Assembly: GCA_965644315.1 (NCBI GenBank)
Contig: CBFFRQ010000018.1
Location: 930,001-994,000 of the forward strand
DNA from: Caecitellus pseudoparvulus
Lineage: Eukaryota > Protista > Bigyra: Bicosoecida
Length of the DNA stretch: 64,000 bases
Reading direction: 5' to 3'
This document shows, one piece after another, positions 41,435 through 52,418 of this stretch. Made by a program: the position numbers and the translations under genes. The notes below the pieces were generated by a model that did no database searches, was not told where the DNA came from, and saw only the letters and a program-made list of their open reading frames with translations. Numbering within the stretch: the stretch's first letter is position 1; each line of letters opens with the position of its first letter.

Positions 41435-44400
41435 ATGGCGGCAACAGCCCCAGCCCAGGAGCCTGAGGACCCACTTAGCCATAACATTGGCTTCGTCCCT
41501 GGTATTGCGTATGGATCCCCCCATGTGTGGGGTCAGGTGTGGGAGCTGCTGCTCGGGCACTTGCCCATGGCCGACCTTACCTGCCACAGGCACCGAGGCC
41601 GCTTGCTGGTGGATTCGCTGCACGTGCGCATTCAGCACTGCACGCAGCCAAGCGACCCCACGCCGCCCCAGCCACATTTCCTGTACTGCAAGCCCTACGT
41701 GCATATTTTTGTTGTGGATTGCTTGACCCCTGACTCCTACACGTACACCTGGCGTCAGAACCTGCACGAGTGGGTTGCAGCAAAGCAGGCTGCCTTGGAA
41801 GAGTGGCTCATTGTGTACGCCCCGCAGTCCCAAGCCTCTGACTCGAAGACTCCTTCAGTAGACCCATCCCAAGGTCGGCCCTCCAAGTCTTGGCGCCGCT
41901 CGTTCTTCACTTTGGGCGGAGCAGCCGCGGCGTCACCTGCGGAGCAGGCGAAGCAGAATCGAGAAGCAGTGTGGGAGCGCCTGTTTAAGGACTTCGGCAC
42001 GTCCTCGAAGCTGGCTTTGGGTGGCTTCACCCTTTCGTATGATAAGACGCGCGCCAGGGACATGTGCGTCGCAGCCCAGCCTCGCGTCTTGTTCCTGGAG
42101 GCACTGTGCCGAGGCCCTGGGTCCGATGCAGCGGAGGTCGCCCAGCACAGGGCCCAGCAGTGGCAGGCCTTTGTGGACGCGCTGGGCACCACTGTCATGT
42201 GCACGCTAGACCAGCGATTGACCTTCTTGGAGCACTTGGTGGCCGACAACCTGAGCAGGTGCCAGCGGCCTGGCTGGAACGTGATGGACTTCGTTCTGCA
42301 GAAGGAATGCTTGGCTTTCATGTACGCCTCCGTGCGCCTGCCGGACAATGCGCTGCGGCAGTATCTGGAAATTGGAACGGTCTTCAGGGACACGGCGCAA
42401 GCCCAGGCCCCTTTCTACGGCCTGCATGCCTCCCTCACCTCACACCTGTCGCCAGAGGTGGTGGGGTTCCCGCCGCGCAGTGCCACTGCCCCCACTCGCC
42501 CAGCACCGAGCGATGTGCGCCCCCCTTCCCCTGAAAGCAGCAAGGCATCCCTCCCGCGCAAGTCATGGTGGTCTTGGCGTGGCAAAAGCAGCAGCCCCGC
42601 CAAGCCACCGCTTCCAAGCGAAGCGCCCCCCGCGCCAGGACCACCGAGCCTCCCCACAGGCCGACCACCTGCCGCCCCAAGCCAAGCAAAGCACCACGAG
42701 ATGCCCCAAAGTAGCTCCCCTTCCCAGGTTCAGCACCTCGCAAGCATGCGTCGCGCTCCTGCAACACAGCTGCTGCTTCCTGCGGAGGATGACTGCGGAC
42801 TGGCGGCGCTGCCAGCTGATGCAGGAGACGCGGGCAGCCTGCAGGCCCAACTTGGGATTTCGGCCGGCCCACGTGATCAGGCCATCTTTGAAGCACAAGC
42901 CGTGCTGGCACAGTACTTCCATGTCCACACGGCACACGGACTTGTGGACGGGCCAGTGGTTCCACCGCCCGACGCACATGCGCCGCAGTCCAGGGCAGCG
43001 AAGGCCCCGTGGCTGCCGGTTGTCCCGAGCCGCCACCTCCTGGACGTTTCCCTGCGATCCAAGCCGTACAGAAGGGAGATTATGCTGAGAACCATCACAG
43101 CCATTGACTTCTGGAGGTACCTACTGGCCCGCCAGGCTTCGCTCCAACTGCAAACCAAGCGCGGCTCTGACCTAGCAGTGCTCGCGCTGCAGTACGTGCG
43201 CTTCCTCCAAGCTTGCAACCGACTTCACGTGGCTCAAGGCCGGCTGCGCCCGCTCAATGCTGCTGCCTGGGAGTTCTGCAGTGCCCTGGACGCAGTGGAG
43301 GTTGCGCACAGGGCAGTGAGGCATGTCCGCATGCCACCCTTGATCTCGCGAGGGGCAGAGAATAGCGACACTCTTGAACAGACCCTGCAAGATGCTGCCA
43401 CAACATTGCAAGGGCTGCTGCCGAGTGCCCTCTCTTGCGATGCGGCCGCTGGCAGATCATCTCCAGCGTCCTGTGCACCAGGCAGCCCAGTCACGCTGCT
43501 CAGCATGCCAGGGTCCAAGCTGCTGGGGCAGACCCAAGCATCTGCTCCCGTGCAGCAGTACTTGTCCACCATACTGGCAGACTTGCTCGGGCAGGTGCGC
43601 ACGTCTTTGGCATTGTGCCTGATGCACCTGTCAAACGAACTGCGAAGCGTCGCAGCACCGCAGTTGCATGAATCACTCGCACCAGACACGTCAAGTCTGC
43701 GCTCCGCATCTGCAACTGTGTTGCTTGGAGCCTTGTGGCAAGATGCACAGGCTCTCAAACGTGGTGATGCCACCACTGGCTTTGTCGGGAGCCCGGCCAC
43801 CACCTCCTTGTACTTCAAGCTGACTGCCCTGCAAGCCCAGCACTTATGCTTTGCCGGCCACAAAAATGCTGCTGCAGGGCTGCTTGTGGCCGCAGCAATG
43901 GCCCTCATGGCGCGTGGCATGTATGAAGCCGCATGGCCCCTAGTCAGCCACCAAGCCCAGTCTCTCGCGAGACGGGGCTGGCACCGGCAGCTCCTCGTGG
44001 TGCTCATTCTGCAGCTGCGGTGCATGTGCGCATTGGAGCTGTGGCGGCCTGCACTGCAAGTGCTTTGGAGGCTGCTCCTGCTCTTGACTCCAGTGTGCCG
44101 GGCTCTGTACCTGCAAGATGGCGGGGGCGAGGGTGGCAGTAGCTCGGGTGAGCTGGAATTACTTCTCCAATCCCCTCGAGGAGGAGGCGACGAAGGCAGC
44201 ACCAGCGTTGCTGCAACGCTGGTGTTTGGGGGCGGGGTCGTGCGTTCTTGGAGGGACTTGTTGTTCCGGCTGCTGGCGGCCTCCACCTTGCCACCTTCAG
44301 CCGCCATTGAGGGATTCCAGGCTCCCCCTGAGAAGAGGTCACGGGCAGAGTTCCCAACCACAGGGCATGTCCTCTCTATCCTTTGGCAAGGGCTGGGATT

Positions 44401-46804
44401 CCTTGCACAGCGCCTTGCCAGCAGCTCAGTTGAGGGCGAGGCGCCCCCTCCCTCCTTCGCTGAGACGCTCGTGCCAGCAGCGACCACGGTTGTTGCTCGA
44501 CCACTGATCAGGTCAGCGGTGTCCCTGGAAAGTCTCACACCTTGTGAAGGCCTCGATGCACATGGGGGGGGCTGTTCTGAGCTCGTTGTGCAGGTCGGGC
44601 TGCTCGGTGCAGGGGATTCCCTGGCGTTGCAAGGTGTCCCAGTGGACCAGGTGGTGCTTCACTTGCAGCGCTTCGCAGAGGCCCCTCCCGCCACGGCTAC
44701 ATCACATGTGTTGTCCAACGGCAAGGAGCACGCAGCACTGCCTAGCGCTGTGCAGCCGCATGTTTCCCGGTGGACAGACTCCGAGACTGGCAGCGCTGGA
44801 TCATGCTGCGTGGAAGGGCAGACAGGCGTCTTGGTGGTGTCCCCCACGAACCCGATGGCCTTGAGCGTCGGGGCGTCGTGCATGGTGCGCGTCAAGGTCC
44901 CCCCTGCAGTTCTTCCTGCAGGAAAGTGGGCTGTGCGATCAGTCCGCCTGCTGTGTGCGGTTCGTTACGGCCCAGCACACTCTTTGTGTGGTGTCAGCTT
45001 AGTGGACCAGTTTCCGGTCTTGCTTCATGGCGCAGCCTTCTCACAGTCAGCCGCCCGGCTCATCAAGCCTAAGGATCTGTTCGATGGACATGCCTCCATC
45101 CGTGCTGCAGAGCTGCTGCCCTCCATTGAGCAATTCCGTGCTTCTCCTCTGCTTCAAGACGAGCGCGATATTCAACAGCCGACGCGCCCCCGCTTGCAGA
45201 GTGGCCCGCTGCTTCCTTCCCACACCAGCCTGCAAGCGCACTCTGCAAACGAAGCCCATGCACTTGTCGAGCGGAGCTGGCATGAGCATTTTGACAGGGC
45301 CACTCGTGGGCCAAGCGTGCAGATGGCAAGCATTGCCGCAGCTCGTGCTGCTCACGACCCCCAACTCCGCCCTCCCCCTGCGCGACTGCCAAGGGGCAAG
45401 GCTGGAGGTGCAGCGCCCCTAGGGCCAGCAGCCGTGGCGATTCTTGACTCCCTGCAAGAGGCAGTTGATACAGCGCTGGGGAGCCCCATTCCGCTGATGA
45501 AGTTTGCAGCTGGGCGTCGCGACCCTGGAGGCCGGGCGTCATGGTTGCGGGCTATCTGCTCTGGCCACGCAGACGTGCTGACGATGGCCATGGCCACATC
45601 TTCTTCGCGGAGCAGCACATTTGGTTTGAACAGTGTTCGCGCTGCAACTCCTAAGCGGAGCTCCGCCAGCTCAGCCTCCTTCCCGGTGCATTCCCACGAT
45701 AGCTTTGTGGCCGAGCCTGCTCCAGTCAGACCAAGCCCTGATGAACCTCAAGTACTACAGCAAATTTTAGCTTTAGACGGTATGCCGCCTATTCCACAAG
45801 CGATCATTGACGCCTTTATGTCGTCCCCTCTCACGGTGACTACATCCCCGACGCCACCTGCTCTTGCGAGGCTCGCGGCTGCATGGGAGCAAGGCCCACT
45901 GTCGGTTCCCTCCGATCACCAAGCAGGCATGCCTCCATTTCTCGGGCCGCCGTTTCTCGTCGTGTCAGACATACCTGCTATGCCTTCTAAGTGCATCTCT
46001 GCTTCATGGCGTCGGTCTGCCTGTGACGGCCTCGCCTCGGTTTGGCTGCACGTCACAGCTGAGGCGCCACCCCTTGCAAGAGGCCAGGCTTTCCTCATCA
46101 TCCACTTGCCTGGCACCGTTGGCAACATGCTGAATGTCGAGGGGTGTGACGTGCTCCATGGCGCAGAAGGCACAGTCGTGGCTGCGCTGCCGAGTGCGAC
46201 GTCTGAAGTGTCTTTCGAGTGGCGACCCGGGTCGAGTGCTGCGCCGCCTTCGGGCTTCGTCGCCAGTTTTGGAATTTGGGATAGCAGGATGGCTGGTCAG
46301 GGCGGTGCCCTTTCAGTGGAAATGACCAACGCGCCCACGGAGCTCGGCTGGAGCGCCGTCTTGCCCATGGCTGGTGTGCCACCGCCCCCACGTCTTCTGC
46401 GGGTCCACGCTGTGTGCAGACGGCCATCAGTGGTCCCTGCTGCGGCCCTTCCATCGCATTTCTCAAGCTCAACCTCTGGAGATTCTCCAGCCAAGCTAGA
46501 CTTGCTCCGAGTCAGCATCTCTTCGAGAGCCCGTGTTGAAGTGCTGGCAGCCGCACTGCACGTGGAAGGAGGAGCAGTGGGCATGGGCTGCGAACGTGCC
46601 CACAGCACCCTACAACGGCCCACCCCTGGGACAGCTGAGGGCTTGATGCACGGGGCAGTCCTCGGAGAAGTGGATGAGCGCAGTGTCTTGGACTTGCCGT
46701 GGGCTGTGCTTCCGGGGCAGCCTGCTCCGACTTCAGTGACCGTCTGGCTCCGCACCTCAACTGAGCAGGCAAGCCATGTGGAAACGCTCCAGCTGGCTTG
46801 GTGA
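41435..46804 (+). CDS. TRAPPC10: TRAPP II subunit TRAPPC10/Trs130-like
   Basis: KPYVHIFVVDC..DSY..LHEWV..EWLIVY, PGWNVMDFVLQKECLAFMY..ALRQYLEI, FWRYLLARQ; C-terminal half divergent. Confidence 0.75.
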   Translation: MAATAPAQEPEDPLSHNIGFVPGIAYGSPHVWGQVWELLLGHLPMADLTCHRHRGRLLVDSLHVRIQHCTQPSDPTPPQPHFLYCKPYVHIFVVDCLTPDSYTYTWRQNLHEWVAAKQAALEEWLIVYAPQSQASDSKTPSVDPSQGRPSKSWRRSFFTLGGAAAASPAEQAKQNREAVWERLFKDFGTSSKLALGGFTLSYDKTRARDMCVAAQPRVLFLEALCRGPGSDAAEVAQHRAQQWQAFVDALGTTVMCTLDQRLTFLEHLVADNLSRCQRPGWNVMDFVLQKECLAFMYASVRLPDNALRQYLEIGTVFRDTAQAQAPFYGLHASLTSHLSPEVVGFPPRSATAPTRPAPSDVRPPSPESSKASLPRKSWWSWRGKSSSPAKPPLPSEAPPAPGPPSLPTGRPPAAPSQAKHHEMPQSSSPSQVQHLASMRRAPATQLLLPAEDDCGLAALPADAGDAGSLQAQLGISAGPRDQAIFEAQAVLAQYFHVHTAHGLVDGPVVPPPDAHAPQSRAAKAPWLPVVPSRHLLDVSLRSKPYRREIMLRTITAIDFWRYLLARQASLQLQTKRGSDLAVLALQYVRFLQACNRLHVAQGRLRPLNAAAWEFCSALDAVEVAHRAVRHVRMPPLISRGAENSDTLEQTLQDAATTLQGLLPSALSCDAAAGRSSPASCAPGSPVTLLSMPGSKLLGQTQASAPVQQYLSTILADLLGQVRTSLALCLMHLSNELRSVAAPQLHESLAPDTSSLRSASATVLLGALWQDAQALKRGDATTGFVGSPATTSLYFKLTALQAQHLCFAGHKNAAAGLLVAAAMALMARGMYEAAWPLVSHQAQSLARRGWHRQLLVVLILQLRCMCALELWRPALQVLWRLLLLLTPVCRALYLQDGGGEGGSSSGELELLLQSPRGGGDEGSTSVAATLVFGGGVVRSWRDLLFRLLAASTLPPSAAIEGFQAPPEKRSRAEFPTTGHVLSILWQGLGFLAQRLASSSVEGEAPPPSFAETLVPAATTVVARPLIRSAVSLESLTPCEGLDAHGGGCSELVVQVGLLGAGDSLALQGVPVDQVVLHLQRFAEAPPATATSHVLSNGKEHAALPSAVQPHVSRWTDSETGSAGSCCVEGQTGVLVVSPTNPMALSVGASCMVRVKVPPAVLPAGKWAVRSVRLLCAVRYGPAHSLCGVSLVDQFPVLLHGAAFSQSAARLIKPKDLFDGHASIRAAELLPSIEQFRASPLLQDERDIQQPTRPRLQSGPLLPSHTSLQAHSANEAHALVERSWHEHFDRATRGPSVQMASIAAARAAHDPQLRPPPARLPRGKAGGAAPLGPAAVAILDSLQEAVDTALGSPIPLMKFAAGRRDPGGRASWLRAICSGHADVLTMAMATSSSRSSTFGLNSVRAATPKRSSASSASFPVHSHDSFVAEPAPVRPSPDEPQVLQQILALDGMPPIPQAIIDAFMSSPLTVTTSPTPPALARLAAAWEQGPLSVPSDHQAGMPPFLGPPFLVVSDIPAMPSKCISASWRRSACDGLASVWLHVTAEAPPLARGQAFLIIHLPGTVGNMLNVEGCDVLHGAEGTVVAALPSATSEVSFEWRPGSSAAPPSGFVASFGIWDSRMAGQGGALSVEMTNAPTELGWSAVLPMAGVPPPPRLLRVHAVCRRPSVVPAAALPSHFSSSTSGDSPAKLDLLRVSISSRARVEVLAAALHVEGGAVGMGCERAHSTLQRPTPGTAEGLMHGAVLGEVDERSVLDLPWAVLPGQPAPTSVTVWLRTSTEQASHVETLQLAW

Positions 46805-46811
46805 ATGCATT
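46804..46811. terminator. Palindromic AATGCATT between convergent stops (candidate bidirectional poly(A) signal)
   Basis: Overlaps the TRAPPC10 TGA and lies 11 nt past the ACADL TGA. Confidence 0.5.
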
Positions 46812-46822
46812 GTCCCGCATGA

Positions 46823-48349
46823 TCACAAGGTGCGCGCAATGAGAGACTTCATGATCTCGTTTGTGCCGCCGTAGATGGGCTGCACGCGGGAGTCAGCGTA
46901 GAAACGGGAAATGGGGAACTCCCACATAAAGCCCCACCCACCATGCAGCTGCAGTCCGCGGTCAGCGATCTTGTTCTGGAGATCGCTGCCATAGTACTTG
47001 GCCATGCTTGCGGAAGCCACATCCAGGCGGCCTTCGTTGTGCAGCTCCAAGCACTGGTCCAGAAAAGCTCGCGCGACCGCGATTTCAGTCTTCATCTCCG
47101 CCAGCTCGAACTGAATGGTGGGCAGTTTCTTCAATGACTTGCCGAACGCCTTGCGCTCAGTGACGTACTCCCGGGTCCCTGTGGGAAGAAGGGTGCAGAA
47201 AGTGACAGCTGCAGCCCACGGGCCTGCTGGGCGTGACGCCAAGCCAACTCACACTCAAAGGCAGCCTCCGAACCTGCCACGCCCATATCGGCAATCATCA
47301 GCCGCTCCTGCTGCAGCTCCTGCATGAGCTGGTAGAAGCCCTGGTTGGGCTTGCCTCCCAGAATGGCACTGCTGGGAAGGCGCACGTTGTCGAAGAACAA
47401 CTCGGCAGTGTCTTGCGCCTTCATGCCGAGCTTCTTCAGCTTGCTGCCCTTGTTGAAGCCGGCGGTGCCGGCATCCACCAAGAACAGAGAGATGCCATGC
47501 GCCGCCTTCTCAGCAGAGGCGTCAGTCTTTGCGACAACAATCACCATGTCGCACAGCCAGCCGTTGGTGATGAAGGTCTTGGAGCCGTTCAAGATCCAAT
47601 CGTCCCCGTCCTGCACAGCCGTCGTGCGAATGCCCTGCAGGTCTGAGCCAGCGCCAGGCTCAGTCATGGCAATGGCAGTGATGCAATCGCCGCTGGCCAT
47701 GCGGGGCAGGTACTGCGCCTTCTGCTCATCCGTGCCGTAGTGCAGCAAGTATGGGGCAACGATCTCGCTGTGCAGGGCAAAGCCAGGACCAGTGCAGCCA
47801 GTGTAGCTCTGCTCCTCCCACGTGATGGCAGCGTGGAGGGCGTCAGCTGCAGAGCCGCCCATTTCCTCCGGCATGGTCACACAAAGCAGCCCATTCTCGC
47901 CGGCAGACTTCCACAGGTCGCGTGGGACTTCACCTGCCTCCTCCCACTGCGAGGCAGGGCAACGGCGGTGGGAAGTGCAGTGCACCACCATACTCCACTG
48001 CAACTGCCTTTCCGGGCCGCGCGGAAGCACCACCCACCTTGCTGTGGTGCGGAACAACTTCTGCTTCCCACCACTTGCGCACCATGCTCCTGCGATGAGC
48101 AGGCAGCGTTCATGGGTGCGGCAAACGAGCTGCGGCTGCGGGCAGCCTGCCGCACGCAACGTCTCGCAGTCCTCGAGCATGCATCACGCACCGGAACATG
48201 TCGTGGTCCTCGTTGAAGATACGGCGCGTCCCAATGTCAGTCATCTTTGGGGCTTGCATCACTTCTGGGCGAGCAGACGAGCTCATGGCGCGGGCTGCGG
48301 TGCGCAGAGCGCCGGCTGGCGCACATGCGCGTGCGGCTGAGGCGAGCAT
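46823..48349 (-). CDS. ACADL: Mitochondrial long-chain acyl-CoA dehydrogenase (exons 48349-48192, 48089-48038, 47946-47253, 47178-46823)
   Basis: TDIGTRRIFNEDHDMFRSMVRKWWEAEVVPHHSKWEEAGEV, IAMTEPGAGSDLQG, NGSKTFITNG, AQDTAELFF, LQQERL, QLHGGWGFMWE, RVQPIYGGTNEIMK. Confidence 0.95.
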
Positions 48350-48860
48350 GATTGCTGAGCGAGAGAAGAGCGCGCTGAAGCAAGCCGGGCAAATGATGGG
48401 ATTCGCTTGCGGGCCGTGCGGTGCCTGGAGCTGCTTGAAAGTGCTGCTCGTAGCCTGCTGCCCACACCGTGCCGGGCGGGGTGCGTCGCTGTCCAAACTT
48501 GTGTGGAACGTCACAAAGCGCCTGTCGCCTGCATCCAGGACCGTGAATGAAGCGATCTCCTGGTATAGCTTCGGCTTCGCGTGCTGCAAGAGCTCATGGG
48601 CCATGGCTGCCTCCAAGGCCGCTTGGGGGCCATTCACCGCAGTCCGCAACGCCAGTCACTTCCAACTCTCCAACGACAGCCCGTCCATGCAAACGTGAAC
48701 GCACTCGCTTTTCGCACTGCTTAGGATCGAGAAACCAGCCTCTTCCGCCGCTGCTGGTACATTGCCAGAGTACGAAGGCTGAACGCAAACGCAGCACGGG
48801 TTCAGCTACCTTACGAGGACCAGCCGCCGGGAAGTGAACACCACGCGGAGCAGAGAGGTA

Positions 48861-50657
48861 ATGGCATCCAAAACCAAGATCGTCAAAGAACTGCTTAAAG
48901 CAGGGGTGAGTTACACGCCAGTCTTTGCCTGCTTCTCGAGCGCGCTTTGGCGCAAGAGTTTCGGCTGTCACCGCGTGCACCAGAAATTTGAGGACATCGC
49001 CGAGCGATTCGGGGCCAAGGCACTCAAGAAAGCAGAGGAGTATGCACTCAAACATGGATTACTGAAAGCTGGGACCCCGCGCCATGCAGAGGTGAGGGAG
49101 CGGCGCCCTGCACAACGAGGCACTGGCGTGGAAACGCAGCAATGCTCGCCACCTTGCGCCACCACCGCACAGGTGGCCAGGCTGCTTGGGGGCGGTGATG
49201 CAGAAACCAGCGTCACAATCACGGGCTCTGCAGGCTCCAAGCGCGTGCAAGCCGTCACAAAGGTCGCTGCGCAGCCTGCCATGCACTCCCAGCCAAGTGC
49301 TGTGCGGCCCCCTGACTTCACTGCTGCGGCAGAGAAAGCAAAAAAGCGCAAAGCGGTCAAGCTTGGAATCAAGGCAAAGTCGAAATTGGGGGGTTCAAAG
49401 CGCTCTTCCCTGCCAAGCCATGACGATTCAGCGGCCACCTCATTGAAGCGCCGGCCTGCAGCAGCAGGGGCTGGGCTTGACGAGTATGAGGCCAAGGAGC
49501 TCCACGACGAGCCGCTCTTCTTGCAGCACGCAAGCACCGCTGCAAGAGTCAAAGAATCGGAGTATGACATGGAAAAGCTGCCGCTGAATGCGGAAGGCGA
49601 GCATGACTGGCTGAACGCAGACAGCCGCCTGCCGCGACAACTCAGCACCATGGACTACTACAAGTACACTCCCGTGGAGGGGTCAGCGGTGGTGCTCATA
49701 CTTCCTGCTTGGGACCTTTGGCGGCGGGAGCACGCATCTGACTTCCAAGCAGCTGCCGATGCGGTGCCGGACGGCGACAGCCGGGAGGTACGCTTCGACG
49801 AGCGCTTTCAGCAGCCTGAAGGGGTTGTGTTTGCGACCGTCGAGAGCAAGACACCTGCCCACACAGACGCGCTTGGAGGGCAGTGGTTCTGGCTTACACT
49901 TCAGCCCGAGGGCAGCAGCTCGCAAGGAGAGAAGCTGCCTCGCATCGAGGTGCCTTGGGTCGCTGCGGACGCAGACTGCGCACACCTGCCCAGCTTCATT
50001 GTGCTGCGAGACGCGTACGAGCGTGCCGTCACAAAAACTTGGAAGCCAGGCATGCAGATCGCAGTGAAGTTTGCGCACCCGAACCCTCCGCACAGCGATG
50101 CAGCGGAGGTGTACGAAGGCCGGGTGTACCACGTTGGGCCTGCTGACGCCAGATCACAGTACCCACGCGCCGAGTTCCAGAAGCTGCACGTAGTCTGGTA
50201 CGAGCAAGAGATGGTCACTCGCAAGTGGCGCATTGACTTTTGCCAGACGGACAACCTGATTAGCCCATGGGAAGTCCATGAAGGCACCTCTGTGTACGTG
50301 AAGCCTGAAAATGTGGGCTTGTACGCCACCGACGTGCCCCAGCTCAGCGACGCTGAGGAAGTTGTCCAGTACCTCATGCAGACGGAATGCGGGCGGGCCT
50401 TCCGCTCCCCAGTCCCACGTCGGGGGAACGCGGACTACTACCGCAAGGTGAAGCACCCCATGGACCTGGGCACCATGCTTGCCTCAGCCAAGAGCGGAAA
50501 GTATGCAGGTCCAGCTGGCGTGAGCGCCATGTGGGAGGCTTGTCGTCTCATCATCAAGAACGCAAAGTCCTACAACGCTCCTGAGCGCTTCGAGTGGCGC
50601 CTTGCTGATATGCTGGAGCGCGAAGCCCGCCGGGTCAAGAGCAGGTTTGGCAAGTAA
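48861..50657 (+). CDS. Bromodomain protein with BRWD/PHIP-type ancillary domain and no WD40 (probable introns 48906-48983, 49092-49172)
   Basis: LPSFIVLRDAYERAVTKTWKPGMQI..YEGRV..YP..FQKLHVVW..ISPWEV (BRWD ancillary-like) and FRSPV..DYYRKVKHPMDLGTM..IIKNAKSYN (bromodomain with conserved Asn). Confidence 0.8.
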   Translation: MASKTKIVKELLKAGVSYTPVFACFSSALWRKSFGCHRVHQKFEDIAERFGAKALKKAEEYALKHGLLKAGTPRHAEVRERRPAQRGTGVETQQCSPPCATTAQVARLLGGGDAETSVTITGSAGSKRVQAVTKVAAQPAMHSQPSAVRPPDFTAAAEKAKKRKAVKLGIKAKSKLGGSKRSSLPSHDDSAATSLKRRPAAAGAGLDEYEAKELHDEPLFLQHASTAARVKESEYDMEKLPLNAEGEHDWLNADSRLPRQLSTMDYYKYTPVEGSAVVLILPAWDLWRREHASDFQAAADAVPDGDSREVRFDERFQQPEGVVFATVESKTPAHTDALGGQWFWLTLQPEGSSSQGEKLPRIEVPWVAADADCAHLPSFIVLRDAYERAVTKTWKPGMQIAVKFAHPNPPHSDAAEVYEGRVYHVGPADARSQYPRAEFQKLHVVWYEQEMVTRKWRIDFCQTDNLISPWEVHEGTSVYVKPENVGLYATDVPQLSDAEEVVQYLMQTECGRAFRSPVPRRGNADYYRKVKHPMDLGTMLASAKSGKYAGPAGVSAMWEACRLIIKNAKSYNAPERFEWRLADMLEREARRVKSRFGK

Positions 50658-50672
50658 CCTCGTGAGACGCAG

Positions 50673-52273
50673 CTACAGCACCTGGCCTAGCCACGGCTCG
50701 ATGGGCTTGAAGCCTCGTCGACGAAGCACAGATGCTTTTGATGTGAGGCGGACTGAAAATGCAGCTGGCTTCTTGAGAATGTACGCCTCCCCATCCACCT
50801 GCAGCGGCAGGTCGCCTCGGAAGGACTCGGAGAACTGCAGCCGGGCTCCGCTCGCCTTGGCCAGCTGATGCAGTCCACCCACAAAATTCACGTGAGTCAT
50901 GGTTGTCCAGCCGAGTTGCAACAGTGTGGACGAACCCAGGACCTCCAGGATCCCGTCGCTCTCGACCGACGCACTGAGCTCCCTGGGCGGAAGAGGCCAA
51001 GGCTGCCCTGCGTCTCCAGCAGCTCGCATGGCCTCATAGCGCGACCTCGGCAGCTGTGTAGCCAGCTTCCAAAGCGGGCAACCCCCTCCATAGGAGTGCG
51101 CATTTAGAAACATCAGTGTGTGGTAGGTGCCCACGGCGGAAGCATCAAGCTCCAGAGCCCGAGTGAAGGAGGCGTCAGGCTCGCTTGCCCCTTCGGCATC
51201 GCCCGGTGGGGCCATGCTCCACCTACGGATGCCAGCGGTTACAGGCATGCTAGGTGTGGCCACTGTGATACAACCAGCGGCCCCATACACCATGCGGTTC
51301 AAAAACCTGCTGCCGAGTCGGTGCAGCTCCACGGCATGCACCAGCCTTGCGTCCATGCCCAACGAAGTGTAGTTGATGCAGGGCAGACTGAGCTGGCTCT
51401 GCGGGAGGGTGGTGACGGCCCCTGATCGCACTTGGGTGATGGCGCCACTGCTTTCCTGTACCGAGAAGTCCACCGTCCACATGTCGTGCTGGATGGTCTC
51501 GGCTGCGCGCAGGTCCCTCAGCCACCCTCGCATGCCAGCCTGACACAGCAAGGCGGACATGTCGGGGGCAGCCACTCCCCACCCGAGCAGGCCTGACATG
51601 TCATTACCTGTTCCGAGCGGCACTGTCGCCAGGGGAACGTGAGAGAAGGCTGTGCCCTTCAAGGCAGACAGCACACGGACGACTGAGCCATCCCCGCCTG
51701 CCACCACGATGCGCATGAGTGGCAACGGTGGGGGCAGGTCTGCACCGGTGGGATGGGCCTGCCTGGCCCTTTCTTGCACCTCTTGCATCAACTGCATGGC
51801 CTTCTCGATGCCCCCCTCGTCCAGCGACAAAGCGTGGCAATTCGGGCCCAGGAAAGCAGGCATCCAGCGGGCCACCAGCAGGCCATGCCCCTGGTTTGCC
51901 CCAGGGTGGTACAGCAAGAAGACAAACTCATCTTCCCGTAAAAGACCCGGTGCTGCGTAATCCTGCTTCGCCTCCGCGATCGCTGCTAGGGCTGCGGTGC
52001 ACAGCAACGTGGCGTTGCACAGGGAAGCGCTGCAGACAAAGCAGGCAGGCCAGGAAGCTTACCGGCAACCTCTTTGCGTCGACGGCACTGTGCCTCCCGT
52101 TGCCGCAAGAGATGTAAGACGCCAGCGACTGCACTGCAGCCTAAGATTGTGTGGGCGACAGAGGAATGAAAGGGCAGGGATCGAAGGGCAGTCGAGACAG
52201 TGGCAGGCACAGCTGCGAGTGCTGTGCCAGCCGAATTCCGCAGCCAAGCTGCGACTGCGCCTGGAGAGTCCAT
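50673..52273 (-). CDS. DGK: Diacylglycerol kinase (exons 52273-52063, 51991-50673)
   Basis: RIVVAGGDGSV, VPLGTGNDMSGLLGWG, INYTSLGMDA, LNAHSYGGG, DGILEVLG, PLQVDGEAY; N-terminal hydrophobic segment in exon 1. Confidence 0.88.
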
Positions 52274-52418
52274 CGGAGGGCGCCAGAGCAAGAATGCAGT
52301 GCTTCGTTTAGCAAACAATTGTCACTGGAGGGCGGCGTAGGGTGGGAAGTGCGCGTTGGCGTCAATTGTCTGGCGCTGTGCGAATCGAAGCGCGGCTGGT
52401 CTGCAGCAGCGCAGCATC

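Noticed and set aside
48350-48604. In-frame upstream ATG that would add 85 aa before the ACADL presequence
   Set aside because: Open frames of this length are common at this GC content, and the ATG at 48349 gives a typical mitochondrial presequence.
52030-52062. 33-nt intron option in the DAG kinase gene
   Set aside because: It leads to an in-frame stop; the acceptor at 51992 (71-nt intron) restores the kinase frame.
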